A DNA stretch of 64,000 nt from Verrucomicrobiales bacterium (GTDB lineage Bacteria; Verrucomicrobiota; Verrucomicrobiia; Verrucomicrobiales; V1-33): assembly GCA_031411295.1 (NCBI GenBank), contig JANOAV010000086.1, positions 32,001-96,000 of the forward strand, written 5' to 3'. How positions within the stretch are numbered: the stretch's first letter is position 1; each line of letters opens with the position of its first letter. A model generated the notes under the pieces. It ran no database searches, had not been told where the DNA came from, and saw only the letters and a program-made list of their open reading frames with translations. The position numbers were made by a program, and so were the translations under genes. Of the stretch, positions 57,924-64,000 are shown one piece after another.

Positions 57924-59512
57924 GTGAACGACTGCAATTCAAGATTGCTGAGGAGCACCATTTCGATGCCATCCACGCGCTGAATTACCGCACCTTTGTC
58001 GAAGAATTTCCGCAACATGCCCCCAACGCGGATCATCGCTTGGTGGATCGATTCCATCAGGAAAACACTTACCTTATCGCCCTGGCAGAAGATCAACTGG
58101 CAGGCATGCTAGCGTTGCGCGCCCAGCGACCGTTCTCATTGGATGCCAAACTGCCAGAGCTGGACTCCTACCTGCCTCCGGGCCGACGCTGGGCAGAAAT
58201 TAGGCTGCTGGCCGTGGCCGCAACCCGACGCGGTTCAGCGGTGTTGCCCGGGCTCCTCCGGTTGCTGGAACGCGAGTGTCTGCTGCGTGAGGTGGACGCC
58301 GTCGTCGTCTCTGCTACCATCCGGCAACTCAAGCTTTATCGCCACTTGGGTTTCCAACCCTTTGGTCCGCTGGTGGGACCAACCGGGGCGCAGTATCAAC
58401 CGATGTATTTGGAGATTGAGCGGTTCCAAGCCGCCACCGCAGCACCGTTGAAACGACGGGTGGTCAATCTCTGGCCCGGGCCAGTCACCGTGTCCGCGGC
58501 CGTGCAGCGGGCGTTTCATGGGGCTCCAGCGTCGCATCGTGGCGCAAGCGTGCTGGCCATGATCAAGCAATGTCGCGCGGCTCTGTGCTCACTGACTGGG
58601 GCCCCGCAGGCCGCGTTAGTTCCCGGCGGTGGCACGATGGCGAACGAGGTCGTCTGTGCCCAGATCGCCCAACTCCCCGGCCATGGACTCGTGGTCAGCC
58701 ATGGCGAGTTCGGGGAGCGCTTGGCCGATCACGCCCGCCGGGCGCAGTTGTCCCATCATCACTGGGCGCAACCATGGACGGAGCCAATCGATTTTCCCGG
58801 CTTGGAGGCTTGGTTGGAGGCCCATCCGGAAACGCAGTGGCTCTGGGCGGTGCATTGTGAAACGAGCACGGGAGCCAGCACCGCCCCTGCCGCGTGGCGC
58901 GCCCTCTGCGAACCACGCGGCATCACGATCTGTCTGGACTGCGTCAGCTCGTTGGGTGCGCTACCTGTGGATCTGTCCGGCATTGCTCTGGCCTCAGGCA
59001 GCAGCGGCAAAGGCCTGGCCGCCCTGGCCGGGATTGGCATTGTCTTCCACCGCCAGATCCCCCCGACCTCCGGTCGGGTGCCGCGCGCCCTCGATCTGGC
59101 GCTCTATGCGACGGCGGAGGGCGTCCCCTTCACGATCAATGCAAATTTAGTTGCCGCACTGCAAACTTCGCTCGCCCAAACCGATTGGCCCCAGAAGCTC
59201 GACCGTGTCGCCCGCATGGGAACCGAACTCCGCGCAGCGCTCCAAGCCCACGGCTTCGTGCTTGCAGCCTCAGATGCCACCTCGGTGCTAACCATCAACC
59301 TGCCTGCCGCCGTGAATTCGCTCAAGGTGGCGGACAAACTGGAGCCACTCGGCTGGCTCGTGGCCGCCCGCAGCCGCCATTTGCAGGAACGTAATCAGCT
59401 CCAGATCTGCCTCTTGGGCGAACTGCCGGCAGCGGCAGTATCCGGACTGCCGGAAATATTGCATCGCGTGGTCCATGGATCGGGGACGACAGTGCCTCAC
59501 GCCATCAGTTGA
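57920..59512 (+). CDS. N-acyltransferase (GNAT/NAS-like) fused to a class V PLP aminotransferase
   Basis: N-terminal LNYRTFVEE.PQH, AEIRLLAV, LYRHLGF; C-terminal PGPV, GGGTMANE, GEFGERL, HCETSTG, LDCVSSLG, SSGKGL (PLP Lys). Confidence 0.85.
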   Translation: MSERLQFKIAEEHHFDAIHALNYRTFVEEFPQHAPNADHRLVDRFHQENTYLIALAEDQLAGMLALRAQRPFSLDAKLPELDSYLPPGRRWAEIRLLAVAATRRGSAVLPGLLRLLERECLLREVDAVVVSATIRQLKLYRHLGFQPFGPLVGPTGAQYQPMYLEIERFQAATAAPLKRRVVNLWPGPVTVSAAVQRAFHGAPASHRGASVLAMIKQCRAALCSLTGAPQAALVPGGGTMANEVVCAQIAQLPGHGLVVSHGEFGERLADHARRAQLSHHHWAQPWTEPIDFPGLEAWLEAHPETQWLWAVHCETSTGASTAPAAWRALCEPRGITICLDCVSSLGALPVDLSGIALASGSSGKGLAALAGIGIVFHRQIPPTSGRVPRALDLALYATAEGVPFTINANLVAALQTSLAQTDWPQKLDRVARMGTELRAALQAHGFVLAASDATSVLTINLPAAVNSLKVADKLEPLGWLVAARSRHLQERNQLQICLLGELPAAAVSGLPEILHRVVHGSGTTVPHAIS

Positions 59513-60927
59513 GCAATCGGATCCGCTCCTTCCACGCCGACTAACTTCTGATCCAGACCGCTGTAGAAGTAGCTGAGCGCGTTAGGATCCAAGCCCATCT
59601 GCGCCAGCACAGTGGCATGAAGGTTCTTGACTTTGAAACGATCTTTCACCGCCTGGGAACCCAATTCATCGGTCTCGCCCACGCTGATGCCGCCTTTGAT
59701 GCCGCCGCCGGCCATCCACATGGTGAAGCCGTAGGCATTGTGATCGCGACCACTGCCATTGGCGTATTCAGCGGTCGGTTGACGCCCGAATTCTCCACCC
59801 CAGACGACCAAGGTTTCGTCCAGCAGGCCGCGGCGTTTTAAGTCCTTGAGCAAACCGGCCACGGCTTTGTCGGTTTCTCCGGCGTGTAAATTGTGATTCT
59901 TTTCCAAGTCGCCATGCGCATCCCAGTTCTGATCATTGTGGGCTCCGCCGGAGTAAATCTGGATGAAGCGCACGCCGCGTTCCACCAACCGCCGGGCTAG
60001 CAGGCACTTGCGGCCAAATTCAGCCGTGCGGGGTTCGTCGATGCCGTAGAGTGATTTCGTTTCCGCAGACTCCGCGTCGATTTCAATGGCCTCGGGAGCC
60101 GTAGCCTGCATCCGATAAGCCAGTTCATAGCTGGCGATGCGGGCGGCCAGATTACTGTTATCCAACCGTTCGTCGGCATGCCCTTGATTCAGGTGATTCA
60201 AGGAGGTCAACAACGAGCGCTGCTCCGGGACGCTCATTTTGCTAACGTTCTGCAAATTCAAAATGGGCGATCCCTGACTGCGGAAGACCACGCCTTGGTA
60301 GCCCGCGGGCATGTAGCCGCTGGTCCAGTTCTTGGCTCCGGAAATGGGACCACCGCTTTGGTCCAACATGACCACGAAGCCTGGCAAATTTTCGTTGATC
60401 GTCCCCAATCCATAATTCACCCAACTGCCCAGGCAGGGTTTCCCGCTGATGAGACTCCCACTGTTCATCATCAACATGGCCGAGCCGTGGATGGGCGATT
60501 CCGCGGTCATGCTGTGGATAAAGGCGATGTCATCCACGCAGGTGGCGGTGTGCGGGAAGAGTTCGCTCACCCACTTCCCGCATTCACCATATTGATTGAA
60601 TTTCCAGCGGGGCTCGACGATGCGACCCTGATTCTTGTGACCACCACGGCCGAAGGTTTTGACCTCGATGGTCTTCCCATCCATCCCCACCATGTTCGGC
60701 TTGTAGTCGAAGGTATCAATGTGGCTGGGTCCGCCATACATGAAGAGAAAAATGACGCTTTTGGCCTTCGGGGCCAACGTGCCGCCTTTCGGGGCCAGCG
60801 GATTGGCGCTGGCGATGTTTCCCGCACCCTTGGCTTCCTGCGCCAATAGGCCACTCAGAGCCAGCGCAGGGATCCCGCCCATGACTTGGCCCATAACTTC
60901 GCGACGTGTGTATCGATGGCAATGCAT
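59497..60927 (-). CDS. DUF1501 domain-containing protein
   Basis: TRRE leader; KSVIFLFMYGGPSHIDTFDYKP, LARRLVERGVRF, WDAH, GEFGRQP, GRDHN. Confidence 0.95.
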   Translation of the reverse strand: MHCHRYTRREVMGQVMGGIPALALSGLLAQEAKGAGNIASANPLAPKGGTLAPKAKSVIFLFMYGGPSHIDTFDYKPNMVGMDGKTIEVKTFGRGGHKNQGRIVEPRWKFNQYGECGKWVSELFPHTATCVDDIAFIHSMTAESPIHGSAMLMMNSGSLISGKPCLGSWVNYGLGTINENLPGFVVMLDQSGGPISGAKNWTSGYMPAGYQGVVFRSQGSPILNLQNVSKMSVPEQRSLLTSLNHLNQGHADERLDNSNLAARIASYELAYRMQATAPEAIEIDAESAETKSLYGIDEPRTAEFGRKCLLARRLVERGVRFIQIYSGGAHNDQNWDAHGDLEKNHNLHAGETDKAVAGLLKDLKRRGLLDETLVVWGGEFGRQPTAEYANGSGRDHNAYGFTMWMAGGGIKGGISVGETDELGSQAVKDRFKVKNLHATVLAQMGLDPNALSYFYSGLDQKLVGVEGADPIAQLMA

Positions 60928-61072
60928 GGCACAAAATGGCCACAACTTTCACGTGGGCAACTATTTCCTGCCTACGCAAGCAATGTGTTTCCACCGATGG
61001 CACCGATTTTGCTTCTTTTTTAGGTGAAATAATGTTCAATGGCGCTTCGTATGTTCCGCGCCTACTCGTTAC

Positions 61073-61987
61073 ATGAAGTCCGAAGACCAACAACCCACCC
61101 TCCTTAACCTCGCTGATGGCAGCCAGCATATCCTCTCGGATGTGACCATTTTTGGTCGCAAGTCGGATTCTGCCGTGCATTTGGTGGACACTCGCGTGTC
61201 CCGCCGCCATGCCATGATCCGTAGTCAGGAGGGCGGCCAGTATTGGTTCTACGATTTGGGCAGCTTCAACGGAAGCTACATCAACGACGAACGCGTGACC
61301 GCCACCCGGCAGTTGGAAGCCAACGATGTTATCCGCATCTGCGATCATCAATTCCGTTTCCTCATGCTGGCACCCGGCCAATCCCCCGCCACCCCGGAAT
61401 GGGATGTGCAGACGGTGCCGATGCTCATTCTGGTCAGCGACATCAAGGGATTCACCCGGCTTTCCGAAATGATTCCCCATGAGGAACTGGCGCAGGCCAT
61501 CGGGAGTTGGTATGACTATTGCACGGAAATTTTGACCGAGCACGGAGCCGCCATCGACAAATTCATTGGCGATGCCGTTTTGGCTTACTGGACGGACGTG
61601 TCCCCGAATGCCCGGAAATGGGCCGTCATGGCTGCGCGCGAGCTGCGGCGGGGATGCGAGGAAATTGGCGAGCAACTACGCTACACCTTCGAGCGCTATG
61701 GTGGTGAGTTCGGTTCCGGAGTCGGCCTGCATTCGGGGGATGTGGCTTACGGTCAGTTTGGTCAGGGCGGACTGACGATGCTGGGTGACGCGGTGAATAC
61801 CACCTTCCGCATTCAGGCCGCCACGCGGACACTGGGTCATGATGTGCTGGTCAGCGGAGATTTCTTCGAGCCCTGGCCGGAAGGATTGCGCTATACGCAG
61901 TCATTGGGCATTCACGAACTGAAAGGCCGCCAGGCCCCAGTGGAATTATTCGCCCTGGACACCACCCCCACGTTGTTGATTTCATGA
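61073..61987 (+). CDS. FHA domain + class III adenylate cyclase
   Basis: FGR..VSRRHA..DLGSFNGS (FHA); SDIKGFT, DKFIGDAV, GDAVN..FR (cyclase). Confidence 0.92.
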   Translation: MKSEDQQPTLLNLADGSQHILSDVTIFGRKSDSAVHLVDTRVSRRHAMIRSQEGGQYWFYDLGSFNGSYINDERVTATRQLEANDVIRICDHQFRFLMLAPGQSPATPEWDVQTVPMLILVSDIKGFTRLSEMIPHEELAQAIGSWYDYCTEILTEHGAAIDKFIGDAVLAYWTDVSPNARKWAVMAARELRRGCEEIGEQLRYTFERYGGEFGSGVGLHSGDVAYGQFGQGGLTMLGDAVNTTFRIQAATRTLGHDVLVSGDFFEPWPEGLRYTQSLGIHELKGRQAPVELFALDTTPTLLIS

Positions 61988-63606
61988 GCGATTTGCCGGC
62001 TGGAAACAGCAAGCCAACGAGACCAGAAAGCCGCCGCAGCATCATCATCGTGGCGGTGCTCTGCGGGTCATTTCTCTGGTGGTGGTTCACGCTGGACCCC
62101 ACTCCAGAAGCCGTGGGGCCGCTGGGACTGGTGGACCGCGCATTAAAGGAAGAAATGCAGGAGGCCCCGAACGCCCGCACGGGCCGTCCCCTGCCGCTGG
62201 ATTTCGATTTACTGGAGCTGGCGATGGGATTCCTGCGTTCAGGCAAATTTAACGAGGCCACGAATCTCACCCTGGCCGTGCAAGCGCCCATCCTGCAGGC
62301 CCGCGGGCTGCGCGCGGTGGCTTATGGGTATCTGGCGAAGGACTCCGGAGCCATGGGGGCCGCGCTGCAAGTGCTCAACCAGATTACCGATCCCACCCTG
62401 CGCGACGCGGCCAGGGAGTATGTCCTGGTGGATCTCACACGATTGGGTTTTGCGGACATTGCCTGGGAGCAACAGCCCTCGCTGGCGCTCAAGGTCTCCC
62501 TCATCCGCAACATGGCGGAAAGCGATGCCCAAGCCGAGGCCACACGCCAGTTGGCGACCGTAGAGCCGGAAGTGCTGGCGCTGTCACCAGTGCCGCCCGC
62601 ATTACTTGCGGAACTCGCGTGGACCCATTTGGCCTTGCGCCACACGGACCAAGTCTTCGCCATGGCTCCGAAACTCGCCCCCGCCGCCCAGGACGAAATT
62701 TATCTGGAACTCTTCCGCATGGTCCGCTTGGACAACCCCGACCTGGCCAAAGCCACCTTGGAACGCTTGCCCGCCCACCTCCACTGGCGTGCCCGGATCG
62801 AGGCCGCCAAACTGAACGGCACCTTGGAAACTTCCGCGCAACTGCTGACGGAATTGGCCGCCAAAGTTGCCAGTGAGCCGACCATCGAGCACACGCTGCT
62901 GCTCACCAAAGCGCAATGGCAGCTCAACCAGCCGGAAACCGATGCCTGGCGGAAGTCGGCTGTGCAGTTGGAGCAACTCCTGGAAACCGCTCCCGTGGAA
63001 ATGCAATTAAAGCACTGGCTGACCTTGGCCCAGCTCTACTACGACGCGCTGGATGCCACCGAGGGGCATCGTTTGCTGGAACGCGTGAGGCTGAAAACCA
63101 CCACGCTCCCAGATGCCGTGACGCGTTTGCCGCATTTGGCCAACCTCCTGGATGCCGCCTTCCGCAATGCAGAAACTAACTACGTCCCCCAATTGCTGCG
63201 CGATGTCGATCCAGACCTACAGGCCCTGCCGGCAACGCTGCCAGAGGCACTCACGCCGGCCCTGCGGCAAATCTGTGTCGCCCGCTTTCGGGAGGGGAAT
63301 TGGCTGACCGTGCTCTCACTCGTGCCCAAGTTTCCCCCAGCCACGCAGACGGCTTTGCTCACTGCCTTGGCGGATTTACCCGTTGAATCCAGTGCCGGAC
63401 AGGGCTTCGCAGTCTCCCAGGATGAATCGTTAGCCAGTTTCCGCCAAGTGGCCACCAGTCAGGGCGAAACCGAAGCCGCCAAACTAGCCGTGCGCCAACC
63501 GACTGGGCTGGCCCGCGCCCGCGCCTGGCTGGAGATCGCCAAGGGGCTGGTGCTGAAAGCCGTGCTGGACAACGAACTCACCAGTCCGCCGCCCGTGCCC
63601 ATGTGA
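61984..63606 (+). CDS. membrane-anchored helical-repeat hypothetical protein
   Basis: N-terminal TM; Leu/Ala-rich alpha-solenoid; ATGA overlap with the cyclase gene. Confidence 0.7.
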   Translation: MSDLPAGNSKPTRPESRRSIIIVAVLCGSFLWWWFTLDPTPEAVGPLGLVDRALKEEMQEAPNARTGRPLPLDFDLLELAMGFLRSGKFNEATNLTLAVQAPILQARGLRAVAYGYLAKDSGAMGAALQVLNQITDPTLRDAAREYVLVDLTRLGFADIAWEQQPSLALKVSLIRNMAESDAQAEATRQLATVEPEVLALSPVPPALLAELAWTHLALRHTDQVFAMAPKLAPAAQDEIYLELFRMVRLDNPDLAKATLERLPAHLHWRARIEAAKLNGTLETSAQLLTELAAKVASEPTIEHTLLLTKAQWQLNQPETDAWRKSAVQLEQLLETAPVEMQLKHWLTLAQLYYDALDATEGHRLLERVRLKTTTLPDAVTRLPHLANLLDAAFRNAETNYVPQLLRDVDPDLQALPATLPEALTPALRQICVARFREGNWLTVLSLVPKFPPATQTALLTALADLPVESSAGQGFAVSQDESLASFRQVATSQGETEAAKLAVRQPTGLARARAWLEIAKGLVLKAVLDNELTSPPPVPM

Positions 63607-63672
63607 CATTGACATTTAGCTGTCAGCGTTTTTGTTTGACAACACTTTTATAACAACTAGTCTAACCACACT

Positions 63673-64000
63673 ATGCCCGATTACACTCCTGCTTTTCAAA
63701 CAAGAAAACGACTCCTTGTTGGATTTTTGGCAGCGCTGTGTATCGGGACGGCAGTGATTTTGTGGCTAGGCTTAAGCCCATTTAAGGCAGGAGAGAAAAG
63801 CGCAGCAGTCGAGTCCGTGACGCCCCAAGCCGTGCAGCAGACACTAACATCCCCCACCCCACAAGCGCCCGCTATTCCAATCTTAGCGGTTAAGAAATCA
63901 GGTGATTCCGAAGCAAATCCGCATTTAGCCTCAGTCAAGCGACGGGTGGAGAATGGCTACACTGTTTTAGATTGGCCTAACGGTAAACCCTTCGTGCGAG
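63673..64000 (+). CDS. hypothetical membrane-anchored protein, runs off the window end
   Basis: MPDYTPAFQTRKRLLVGFLAALCIGTAVILWLG..., open to base 64000. Confidence 0.65.
   Translation, partial: MPDYTPAFQTRKRLLVGFLAALCIGTAVILWLGLSPFKAGEKSAAVESVTPQAVQQTLTSPTPQAPAIPILAVKKSGDSEANPHLASVKRRVENGYTVLDWPNGKPFVR

Overview
GC-rich bacterial chromosomal window. The gene content (PEP-CTERM protein, DUF1501, PPC-domain protein, LTD/CotH giant protein, ECF sigma/Ser-Thr kinase pair, characteristic REP-like palindromes) points to Verrucomicrobiota; this is an inference. It holds about 38 CDS. I saw no rRNA, tRNA, CRISPR array, transposase or reverse transcriptase. Main blocks: (1) an ExbB-ExbD-ExbD-membrane protein-DUF4159-TPR operon (2.9-7.9 kb); (2) a secreted PQQ-type sugar dehydrogenase/di-haem cytochrome c fusion; (3) an accessory, defence-like island (11.8-19.4 kb) with a NERD-UvrD helicase, an FN3 gene next to a 12x21-bp palindromic array, DUF2971, a lectin-PEP-CTERM protein, an HNH nuclease, a duplicated 290-bp REP mosaic and unannotated gene remnants (MNT/HEPN toxin-antitoxin, four-helix bundle); (4) large envelope proteins (TPR-DUF3857-transglutaminase; LamG-FN3-LTD-CotH); (5) oppABC-LMW-PTP-KirBac, an old yellow enzyme and a glycoside hydrolase-like gene; (6) a divergent ECF sigma/STK pair; (7) a translationally coupled PlsY paralogue plus N-acyltransferase/PLP-aminotransferase fusion. 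Block 7 is the best candidate for an undescribed pathway (an amide-linked, serinol-phosphate-type lipid). A motif bias (CTAAC/GTTAG enrichment) was hand-counted in one 7-kb gene and seen by eye elsewhere. All product calls come from motif recognition by eye, not from database searches.
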